Source: Halomicronema hongdechloris C2206 (lineage in GTDB: Bacteria > Cyanobacteriota > Cyanobacteriia > Phormidesmidales > Phormidesmidaceae). From it: a stretch of DNA of 32,000 nt. Each line of letters starts with the position of its first letter. Position 1 is the first letter of the stretch. Shown here one piece after another: positions 1-7,386 of the stretch. The position numbers and the translations under genes are program-made. The stretch covers positions 1,380,001 to 1,412,000 of the forward strand of contig NZ_CP021983.2 in assembly GCF_002075285.3 (NCBI RefSeq), given 5' to 3'. A model generated the notes under the pieces. That model saw nothing but the letters and a program-made list of their open reading frames with translations. It did no database searches and had not been told where the DNA came from.

Positions 1-414
1 CTGGGTGCGGTCTTCGGCCATATCGAGCCGCACCAGAATGGCATTGTGTAGCGACTGTCGCAAGCGATCTTCTACCTCTGTCCATACGGCAGCAATCAGC
101 GTTTTTTCGTTGCCGTCCTTACGGGTGGGTTGCGGCTGCGTTTCTGGCAATCCATAAAAGTAGGCGCTTGAGGCTGCCAGCACCTCCTGCAATACCAGTT
201 TTAAGGTTTCTGCATCCATCCCCTGATGAATCACCACCCGGTTGTTATCACCCAAGATGTTGTCACTTCCCGTGACAATCTTTGCGCCAGTTGCATCGCG
301 GGCGATCGCCACCGCTCCCTGACCAGACGCACTGACCTCCGCCAGTAGCGCCTGAAGGTTTTCCTGAGGGAGCTCCTTCAGTGCCGCTTTCAGGTTTTCC
401 AGGCTATCTGACAT
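1..414 (-). CDS. STAND-class NTPase (NB-ARC/NACHT-like), first 138 codons only; the gene continues past the left edge
   Basis: This ORF is absent from the ORF track because it runs off the window. The ATG is at 414..412, 8 nt after the caspase stop codon, and I checked every in-frame triplet down to nt 1 and found no stop. Translation: MSDSLENLKAALKELPQENLQALLAEVSASGQGAVAIARDATGAKIVTGSDNILGDNNRVVIHQGMDAETLKLVLQEVL...KTLIAAVWTEVEDRLRQSLHNAILVRLDMAEDRTQ. The W.EV..RL.QSLHNA.L..L stretch resembles the conserved segment just upstream of the P-loop in cyanobacterial NB-ARC/NACHT repeat proteins. The P-loop itself lies outside the window. Confidence 0.6.
   Translation of the reverse strand, partial: MSDSLENLKAALKELPQENLQALLAEVSASGQGAVAIARDATGAKIVTGSDNILGDNNRVVIHQGMDAETLKLVLQEVLAASSAYFYGLPETQPQPTRKDGNEKTLIAAVWTEVEDRLRQSLHNAILVRLDMAEDRTQ
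302..309. repeat. HIP1 (GCGATCGC) highly iterated palindrome; one representative copy of at least 26 in the window
   Basis: Other copies read directly include 1873..1880, 2991..2998, 5490..5497, 5659..5666, 6558..6565, 7558..7565, 8135..8142 and 29685..29692. Fewer than one copy of an 8-bp palindrome is expected by chance in 32 kb. Confidence 0.9.
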
Positions 415-422
415 CAAACCAC

Positions 423-1469
423 TTACTCCTTGTCAGCTTGATCAGCACCAAAAGTGTCACCAATGTGCAAACCCTGGATATTGTCTCCCATGCTGATGTT
501 GTACTTACCTTTTTGATTCACAGTCTGCACTCGGTTATTGTTGCCAACGATGTTGCCCTGTCCAGTAACAATCGTTGCCCCCTGCGCGTTCTGAACCGCA
601 ACTGCGCCATCTCCTGAAGCTGCGATCGTGGTTTGAATCATTTGGCCGTTCAATTCACCAGGCTGTGACTCAATCCGAGGCTTGGATGCTAACTCAGGCG
701 GCAGGCCCTTCGGCTGCAGATCGCCTCCGGCATAGTACGCCAGCACAAAGTTATCGGCCTTCTCAATGTCCAGCACAGGGTGTTGTTTATCGCTGGTCAA
801 TGTCGGCACAATGCGGCTGGCATACATCGCTAAATCCGTCGCCCGAATGTAGCCATCTTGCTGGGTGGCTCCTTCCCCACATAATCCCTTCATCAGGGCA
901 TAGGTAAAGGCACTGTAGGGTTCTCCGGCATAGGACAACTCATCTGGCCGTGAGGAGCCAATCATGATGCGTCCGCCTCCTTTGGCAAACATCCTTTGCG
1001 CTTCCGGCGGCAGCGGAGCTTTGGTCGCTGCAAAGGCAGAGACATCACTTAATCCGCCAGCATGGCAGCAATCCAGCATCACCAGCAGTTTCTGCGCCGG
1101 AATCTCGCGCAGGTAATCCACAAACTCACTGCCGCTAATGGCGGTCTCATCCAAAGCTTCAGTGTTGTAGCCGTAGGGCATTAAAAAATAAGACTTAAAC
1201 GGCTTTTGCAGTTGGTGGCCATGTCCTGAGAAATAAATCAGCACCGTCGAATCGTCGTCGGTTGAATTCGCTAAGGTCTCCAAAGTTTGCAAAATCTGGC
1301 TGCGGGTTGCCTTTTCCCCCGTAAGGAAATGCACCTGGCTTTCTGGATAGGCACAGCGCTCGGGGTCTTGCAGAACCTTCGCCAGACCTTTAGCATCGGT
1401 GGCGGTAGTCGGCAAATCGCCACCGACTCCAATCACGCAAGCATGCCCTTGTTCAAAAAGGTGACTCAT
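423..1469 (-). CDS. Orthocaspase / peptidase C14 caspase-like protease with a C-terminal Gly/Asn-rich tail
   Basis: 348 aa with an ATG start confirmed at 1469. The catalytic dyad contexts are VLIYFSGHGH (His) and LLVMLDCCHAGG (Cys), typical of the caspase/metacaspase p20 fold. The last 65 aa (nt 426..620) read ASGDGAVAVQNAQGATIVTGQGNIVGNNNRVQTVNQKGKYNISMGDNIQGLHIGDTFGADQADKE and are not part of the protease fold. Confidence 0.85.
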   Translation of the reverse strand: MSHLFEQGHACVIGVGGDLPTTATDAKGLAKVLQDPERCAYPESQVHFLTGEKATRSQILQTLETLANSTDDDSTVLIYFSGHGHQLQKPFKSYFLMPYGYNTEALDETAISGSEFVDYLREIPAQKLLVMLDCCHAGGLSDVSAFAATKAPLPPEAQRMFAKGGGRIMIGSSRPDELSYAGEPYSAFTYALMKGLCGEGATQQDGYIRATDLAMYASRIVPTLTSDKQHPVLDIEKADNFVLAYYAGGDLQPKGLPPELASKPRIESQPGELNGQMIQTTIAASGDGAVAVQNAQGATIVTGQGNIVGNNNRVQTVNQKGKYNISMGDNIQGLHIGDTFGADQADKE

Positions 1470-1652
1470 TTCTGTTTGCCCTCAACTGGAAAATCCTTCG
1501 AGTCTTCCGCCATTATGACCTCGCCGCTAAGAAGGGTTAGCGTTTTTTAGCAATAAAATTTAGTCTTACGATGACTTAGCCATGTTTTTTTGCAGGCAGG
1601 AGTCGTGAGCTGTAGTCATAACAATTGAGATCGCCCTTCAACCCATCTCCCC

Positions 1653-3185
1653 ATGAAACTCCATCCCACTCCCTGGCTGAGCCTGACACTCTCCCTGCTG
1701 GGCTGCCTCCCGGCCCAACCCAGTTTGGCCCAAACAACTGTTATCGTTACCCCTGAAGCCCTGACGGCAACCGGAATGCGCGGGGAAGCTGAACCGGCAA
1801 TCCGAACTTTGGCGATTCGAGCAACTGAGCCCGTAACCGATTTGCAAATCCACACTCTGGATTTGTACAGTCGCGATCGCGATCGAGTTTTCCCCCAAGC
1901 CCTGATTACCGTTCCCACGACCATCAGCTCAGTTGAGGTAGGTACCCTGACCACTTTGCCAGTTGCGTTTAATCTGCAGGCTGCTCCCAGTGGTGAATTT
2001 CAAGGATCGTTACTGTTAAGCTACGGCGGCGACCAGGTAACCGTTCCAATCACGGTTCGCGTGAAAGATGCCTGGTACTTGCCATTGGCACTATTGATTT
2101 TGGGCGTGATTCTCGGCACCACTGTTTCTAGCTACAGCCGTTGGGGAAAAACAACCGATGAGTTGACGGTCGGCATTGAAACGCTACGCACCCTAGTTCA
2201 AAAGGATTCAGAGATCCCTCCTTCATTTGCCTCTGGCATTGCAGTGTATCTGGCCGATGCCCACTTAGCCCGCGATGTCAAACAACTGGAAAAATCTCGG
2301 CAGTCCCTTAATGCCGCTGGTGAGATGTGGGGCAAATGGTTTCGGGAACGTCCAGCGTGGCTGAGTGCTTTACAGGCAGGCAAGGAATTACAGTCTCAGC
2401 TTGCCGAACAACTCACAGCGGTAAGCCAAGCGCCCTATCTGCAAACGATTCAGTCTAATTTGCAGACGGTGTTAGACAATGTTGCTAACTTTGACAATGC
2501 CGCAGCGTTAGGGCAAACCATCAACCGTTTTTCACAGCAATCGACCCAATATCTGAGAGTTCTCCAGCAATATCGCCAGTTTCAGCAAACCCTGGAAGAA
2601 CTTAATCCCGATGCCTTACCACCCTCCGATCAAGAAACCCTACAGGATATGATTTCTCGGGCTGATGCCTGGAAAGAAATCCTCGTGACCCTGCGACCTT
2701 CTGACTCCGGCGATGATCCCCAACTACAAACCATTGGTTTAGCCATAGCCGAGGCTAAACCGGTTCTAAATACTTTGAAACAGAAAGCAGAGGATTCTGT
2801 TCCTGTGGATGGCTTGCGAGAATTTAAGCCAGGGAAAGGCAAAGCAGCCATAGAAACCAGTCCCCCCTCAGAAGTAGCAATGCCTCAAACAACAGTAATG
2901 GAATCTCCTGTCCCTGCCTTAGACGATACCTTCGTATTCAACGGCATTGCTACCCTGATCAAAAATCCCAAACAACGTCTCAAGCTGTTTGCGATCGCGG
3001 GCTATCTCACCACCATCGGCTTTTTGGCTGGAACCGGCTTCAACCAGCTTTATCTGGAGAACCCGACGTTCGGTTCAAGTGGACTGCGGGATTATTTTGC
3101 CCTCCTAGCTTGGGGCTTTGGCGCAGAAGCGACTCGCAGTGCGGTTACCAATGCCCTGCGACGAACCGATGGTGCGAGAGACTGA
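1653..3185 (+). CDS. Hypothetical secreted, membrane-anchored protein (signal peptide, beta-rich ectodomain, TM, long helical region, C-terminal TM pair)
   Basis: 510 aa with ATG at 1653. The N-terminus MKLHPTPWLSLTLSLLGCLPAQPSLAQT looks like a signal peptide. A TM segment WYLPLALLILGVILGTTVSSY follows a roughly 120-aa beta-rich region. C-terminal hydrophobic segments are LFAIAGYLTTIGFLAGTGF and YFALLAWGFGA. I recognise no catalytic motif. The gene is divergent from the caspase gene across a 183-bp spacer. Confidence 0.6.
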   Translation: MKLHPTPWLSLTLSLLGCLPAQPSLAQTTVIVTPEALTATGMRGEAEPAIRTLAIRATEPVTDLQIHTLDLYSRDRDRVFPQALITVPTTISSVEVGTLTTLPVAFNLQAAPSGEFQGSLLLSYGGDQVTVPITVRVKDAWYLPLALLILGVILGTTVSSYSRWGKTTDELTVGIETLRTLVQKDSEIPPSFASGIAVYLADAHLARDVKQLEKSRQSLNAAGEMWGKWFRERPAWLSALQAGKELQSQLAEQLTAVSQAPYLQTIQSNLQTVLDNVANFDNAAALGQTINRFSQQSTQYLRVLQQYRQFQQTLEELNPDALPPSDQETLQDMISRADAWKEILVTLRPSDSGDDPQLQTIGLAIAEAKPVLNTLKQKAEDSVPVDGLREFKPGKGKAAIETSPPSEVAMPQTTVMESPVPALDDTFVFNGIATLIKNPKQRLKLFAIAGYLTTIGFLAGTGFNQLYLENPTFGSSGLRDYFALLAWGFGAEATRSAVTNALRRTDGARD

Positions 3186-3504
3186 CTGCTATCGTTTTCA
3201 CACGTGGTCTCTAGCTAACCATGGCCAGAGTAGTACACAAACACCGTTACTCCTTAATAAGCGATCTCTTGACCTTCAACAACTCAAAACTGTTCAGGAT
3301 TGCCTGCTGAGTTGTGCCTTCATGATGCAGTAGTCTCAAATACTGCTCATTGTCAGGATAGGCACACAACCTACTCCAGGTAAGAAGAGCGTATCCATGG
3401 ACAAAGTTCTTTTCCATTGCTTAACACCAATCCTAAAAACAACTTTGCGTAAAGCTAATTGAAACAGAATGGTCTTCATTTCATGTAGCCTCTTTCAGAG
3501 TATT

Positions 3505-5781
3505 TCAAGTATTCAACGGCAAGATTAAGCCATCCTCAATTTCTTGGATCAGGTGAGTATTGGAGTGATCCCCACTATGCAAGCATTCAACCAAAATATA
3601 GTTTGCATTATAGTATTCAATTAGCTTCTCTTTCTCAGCGTCAGAGAAGCCCCAGTCATAACCAAAATCGCGATACTTTACCATTAAATTTCTTAGACTT
3701 ATAATCCACTCCTCGCCGTGCTTTTGCCACCAAACGTTCATTTTTTCGGCTTCACAAGGTCCCCAAAGGCGCGTTTTCAGCCACCAGTCCGGCAATGCAT
3801 CGATGAGTTTCTGGATTTCATCGCCGATTTCCTTACTTTTCGAAAGATATGAAAGCTCATTTGGAATTATTTGTTCAAGAACGATGGGAACTGCAAATCT
3901 TAATTGGGGCGACAGAGCAGTCTTGAGATTTCTATCAACTGCAAATTCGCAAATCAGAAGCTCATCTTCTTCTGGATTTTCACCAGGAAGATGATCAAAG
4001 TTCAGATGAATTCCTAACGCATAAGGAAGCTCTGTAAAACTGTCTGAATCATCGAAAGCCAAAATCAATGCTAAAGCCCGCAAAGATGACGGTTGATAAG
4101 AGTATTTAAAGGTATTAGCTTTTCTGCTTACCCAACTCAAAAAACACTGAAACTTTTCGTCCTCAAGATAAAGATCAATCTCGTGTTTCGTTGTACGAAA
4201 TAAAGCATCTAGATCTTGAGTATTGTCTATGACGAGTAAGAATACCTCTTTCCAGTGTTCTTTATAGAGTTGTCGTGCTAAATCCTTCCAATTGTTAGAG
4301 GTATAGAATGGTCTGGAAACTAAGTACTCTTGAAAAGTTAAGTGGGAAAACGACCAGATTTCATGAGCTTGCTCAACTAAGATTCCATGCTGCTCTGAAA
4401 TACTTTCTAGTACTGCTCCACTTTCCTCGGTCGAAATCTGAAGATGCTCTGCGATGTAACTACAGGCTTCTGCTTTGTCAAATAATACAAAATTTTCTGT
4501 TTGCTCAAACTTGCGAACTGCTAAGTAGCTTAGTAATTGCTTTCGTTCCTCCAGTGTTAGTTGCCGATAGATTTCACTCTTTGTCTCTCGATTGATTCCT
4601 CGTCGGTCATCCCATTGTCCTAGCAGTAAATCCAACCCTTCCCGATACAGATCAGACCGTTTTTCTGGTAAGCACTGAGAGTCTTCAAAAATCCAACACG
4701 TCAAACTCAAGAGCACTGGTGTTACCGCAAGTTCAGCGGTTTGCGGATGTTCACCAAGCTTTTCCATGAAGTGCTCTTTTAGCGCTTCACCTTCTTCCGG
4801 TGTCTCCACTATTGCCGTAAACCAGTTCAAAGCGAAGCTTTCTACCTGCTCTGGCTTAAAGTCTGCTACCTCTATGGGGATGAACTGTTCTGGAATGTAT
4901 TTCGTCGTTTGAGTACGACAAGTCAGCACAAAGCGATTTTTGTCGTATTGTTTGGCAAACCTTCGCAGTTCATCCTGTACTTTTGGCTGTAAAACGCTGG
5001 AGACTTCATCTAGACCGTCCAACAAAACCATAACTTTTCCTTGCCTTAGAAGTTGCTTGGTTTGCTCTTCTTCGGCTAATTCAAATTCCTCATGGATATG
5101 CCGAAACAGGCTAAATTCAGCTTCATCAACATCCCGTAGCTCAAGCAAATAGGGGATGTAGTTTTCTAGAAAATCACCTTTGGCACAGCCTACTGCTAAG
5201 TGCCTCAAAAATGTGCTTTTCCCGGAACCCGGCTTCCCTAAGACCATCAACCGAGGATATTCTTCGCTTTCGGCGATTTGTAACCCCTGTAACCGCTCTC
5301 CTCTTTTTGCCAGACCCAATCGGTCAAACTGCTTTCGGACATTCTGCCCTTTAAGTAATTCTGGAATATTGGCTCGATAATCCTGTACTTCCAGAACATA
5401 AACATCTACATAAAGCTGATCGACATCAACCTGGCGTCTATTCAGGAGCTGAATCTTACCGAAATTTCTGAGGCCTTTCTCTGATGCTCGCGATCGCACC
5501 TGCTCAATAATTGAGTCAATGGGTGCTGGCGGAGGACGAAGATATTGACGAATGATTTCCGCATCGGCTCCCTCGAAGATGATGTTGCCATCACCGATGA
5601 TGTTGTGATCGCCAGTAATCAGCACTGCATTATCCGCGTTCCCCCCCATGGCCAAAGCGCGATCGCCGGTAACCAGCGTGGCCTGGCCGGATTGAATTGC
5701 CTCTACTAACTGCTGTTGCTGTTCCGGAGTTAAGGATGTGCCCACAACACGCTGAATGATGGATTTGAGGTCTTGAGGCAT
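3505..5781 (-). CDS. NACHT-family STAND NTPase with an N-terminal Gly/Asn-rich adaptor-like motif
   Basis: The ORF-track start at 5793 is a TTG. The first ATG is at 5781 (MPQDLKSIIQRV...). Walker A is LGKPGSGKSTFL, Walker B is VMVLLDGLDEV, followed by FVLTCRT. The pre-P-loop segment QLLNRRQVDVDQLYVDVYVLE is typical of cyanobacterial NACHT proteins. N-terminal aa 31-71 (nt 5569..5691) read SGQATLVTGDRALAMGGNADNAVLITGDHNIIGDGNIIFEG. The C-terminal roughly 300 aa show no WD40 or TPR repeats that I can see. Confidence 0.8.
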   Translation of the reverse strand: MPQDLKSIIQRVVGTSLTPEQQQQLVEAIQSGQATLVTGDRALAMGGNADNAVLITGDHNIIGDGNIIFEGADAEIIRQYLRPPPAPIDSIIEQVRSRASEKGLRNFGKIQLLNRRQVDVDQLYVDVYVLEVQDYRANIPELLKGQNVRKQFDRLGLAKRGERLQGLQIAESEEYPRLMVLGKPGSGKSTFLRHLAVGCAKGDFLENYIPYLLELRDVDEAEFSLFRHIHEEFELAEEEQTKQLLRQGKVMVLLDGLDEVSSVLQPKVQDELRRFAKQYDKNRFVLTCRTQTTKYIPEQFIPIEVADFKPEQVESFALNWFTAIVETPEEGEALKEHFMEKLGEHPQTAELAVTPVLLSLTCWIFEDSQCLPEKRSDLYREGLDLLLGQWDDRRGINRETKSEIYRQLTLEERKQLLSYLAVRKFEQTENFVLFDKAEACSYIAEHLQISTEESGAVLESISEQHGILVEQAHEIWSFSHLTFQEYLVSRPFYTSNNWKDLARQLYKEHWKEVFLLVIDNTQDLDALFRTTKHEIDLYLEDEKFQCFLSWVSRKANTFKYSYQPSSLRALALILAFDDSDSFTELPYALGIHLNFDHLPGENPEEDELLICEFAVDRNLKTALSPQLRFAVPIVLEQIIPNELSYLSKSKEIGDEIQKLIDALPDWWLKTRLWGPCEAEKMNVWWQKHGEEWIISLRNLMVKYRDFGYDWGFSDAEKEKLIEYYNANYILVECLHSGDHSNTHLIQEIEDGLILPLNT

Positions 5782-5907
5782 TTCTTGAGGCAAACGTCGC
5801 TATGTCGTTCTTCACAATCATACCTACTCTACTCCTCCCTCTGTGGAACTGGATCAGCGACAATTCAAGAGCTTTAATAACTTCAGTGATACATTTCCTC
5901 GCTGCAG

Positions 5908-7356
5908 CTAACGTTCTAAAGCCTCACAGCCGCTCGGGCGGATTGGACTCAGAGAATGTGTTTGCTGTAGCCGTTTTGCCTCAACCATAAATCGCTGTTT
6001 ATCTAAGTGCGTCACCTTTGATAGCTCAACCACAAATCCCCTTGCTTGAAATATCAAACCACGTGAAGCTGCTCTCACGATCAGATGCTGTCCTTCAGAC
6101 TCAAAAGTGTATGTATGGCCATGTAGCAAACGCTTTCGCGGCGACCAGTCATCCCGATCTGTGTGGTGTTTAGCTGTTTGAATAGTTGGCGATTGTCTCA
6201 AAATGTAATGCAGGTCCCTCACCACATTCTGGAGTTCTCCTCCCTTCAGATAACCCCCAGCCGATAGCTCTGCTTGATTAGTCTGTCCGATTGAAGAGTA
6301 GCTTGGATATTTGAGATGACTTAAGGCCTGCACCCGTTTCCAGGCACTCTCATCCCCACCTGCAAAAACCGCTGCTGGAATACACTTCTCGGGGTCAACA
6401 ATACTTTGAATAATCCGCTCTACCCGTTCGACATCAATTCCTAAAGCTGCCCCAGCTTCCTTCGCCAACGCCTCAGCATCTCCATTAATCGGCACCCCAT
6501 GCTCAGTAGCCCAATTCTCCCAGCCATAGAACTCGCGTAGAGCATAGGTCAGGGAGTGCGATCGCGACTCCAAGGGGCTCTCCCCCTGCAGCACCGCCTG
6601 AGCCTTGGCCGTCGCCAGGTCTTCCAGCCGTAATACTCCTGGTTGGGCAGGGTGTACCTGAATTGGGGGCCGAAGGTGAGTTGGTTCACTCTGACCTCGT
6701 CTACGGCTAACCGGATACACCCCAATCGCCTCCAACCGTTCCACCCACACGGGTGATACCCGCTGCAAGTTGACATAAGACTGTCCACTGGGGCCAATCG
6801 TTGGTGCGAGTACTGTAAAGCGTCCTTGGCCCAGGGCTTCCCCCATGTGCTGACCGCCCAACCCATCCAGCGAGAAGTTGGTGAAGCGTTTTTCTGGAAC
6901 TCGCACAGCAAACCGCCAGCCACCACTATGGGTCCGTTCTGTAAAAGTTTGCTGCAGTCGAGGATGCTGGCTGAGCCAGTGGCTGATGCGGGCATTACAG
7001 GCCTCTTGGGAGCCAAACTGTTTTACGTCCACATCGAGCCAAACCAGGTTCTGCCATCCTCCCAAAGTACCGATGCCATTGGCAGGATGAGTAAACCAGG
7101 TCCGGAACTCTTGCTCAGTCGGAAGCTGGTGCTGATATTGAGTGTGGCGGATCAGATGAGGAATGCCATTGGCATCCAGAAAGCTAGGATTTTTGCCCGT
7201 AAAAGCAGGGATTAAGGCTCCATTTGAGTCGCGCTTCAACGTGCCGTCTCGCTCCCTTGCCGGATACTGCTGAGGATGCTGAGCAGGCGCTATGGGTAAA
7301 GGGGGCAATCCCTGAGCCTTGAGCCAGTCAAAGGTTTTTCGTAAGTCTGGTTTCAT
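5908..7356 (-). CDS. Bifunctional DNA primase/polymerase (archaeo-eukaryotic primase superfamily, PrimPol N-terminal domain) with a C-terminal extension
   Basis: 482 aa with ATG confirmed at 7356. Motifs are FTGKNPS, NLVWLDVDVK (acidic metal-binding motif) and ERTHSGGWRFAVRV (the sGG.H-type motif of plasmid and phage PrimPol domains). The C-terminal 57-aa module (nt 5959..6129) is shared with two neighbouring proteins; see findings. Confidence 0.7.
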   Translation of the reverse strand: MKPDLRKTFDWLKAQGLPPLPIAPAQHPQQYPARERDGTLKRDSNGALIPAFTGKNPSFLDANGIPHLIRHTQYQHQLPTEQEFRTWFTHPANGIGTLGGWQNLVWLDVDVKQFGSQEACNARISHWLSQHPRLQQTFTERTHSGGWRFAVRVPEKRFTNFSLDGLGGQHMGEALGQGRFTVLAPTIGPSGQSYVNLQRVSPVWVERLEAIGVYPVSRRRGQSEPTHLRPPIQVHPAQPGVLRLEDLATAKAQAVLQGESPLESRSHSLTYALREFYGWENWATEHGVPINGDAEALAKEAGAALGIDVERVERIIQSIVDPEKCIPAAVFAGGDESAWKRVQALSHLKYPSYSSIGQTNQAELSAGGYLKGGELQNVVRDLHYILRQSPTIQTAKHHTDRDDWSPRKRLLHGHTYTFESEGQHLIVRAASRGLIFQARGFVVELSKVTHLDKQRFMVEAKRLQQTHSLSPIRPSGCEALER

Positions 7357-7386
7357 GGTCTTGACCCAATTGAAGAGCCGCCACGG

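Noticed and set aside
1470-1652. Possible divergent promoters, such as TAAAAT at 1554..1559, between the caspase gene and the membrane-protein gene.
   Set aside because: No convincing -35 element lies at proper spacing, so this is not reportable beyond a likely promoter-containing spacer.
3247-3417. A 56-aa minus-strand ORF (MEKNFVHGYALLTWSRLCAYPDNEQYLRLLHHEGTTQQAILNSFELLKVKRSLIKE) in the spacer downstream of the NACHT gene. A 47-aa ORF in another frame lies just upstream of it.
   Set aside because: It is too short, has no recognisable motif or ribosome-binding site, and could be a gene remnant. It is worth a homology search but is not supportable as a feature.
5782-5793. TTG start of the NACHT ORF at 5793. 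The TTG at 18157 for the 181-aa ORF is a similar case.
   Set aside because: The ORF track evidently allows alternative start codons. In-frame ATGs at 5781 and 18142 lie a few codons downstream and give sensible N-termini. The TTG starts cannot be excluded.
6549-7016. Same-strand alternative-frame ORFs inside PrimPol (6549..7016), virB4 (24627..25139, 25266..25514), the MTase (13331..13576) and across the VirB8/VirB6 junction (22554..22949).
   Set aside because: They are out of frame relative to genes with clear catalytic motifs, and their composition is typical of off-frame translation.
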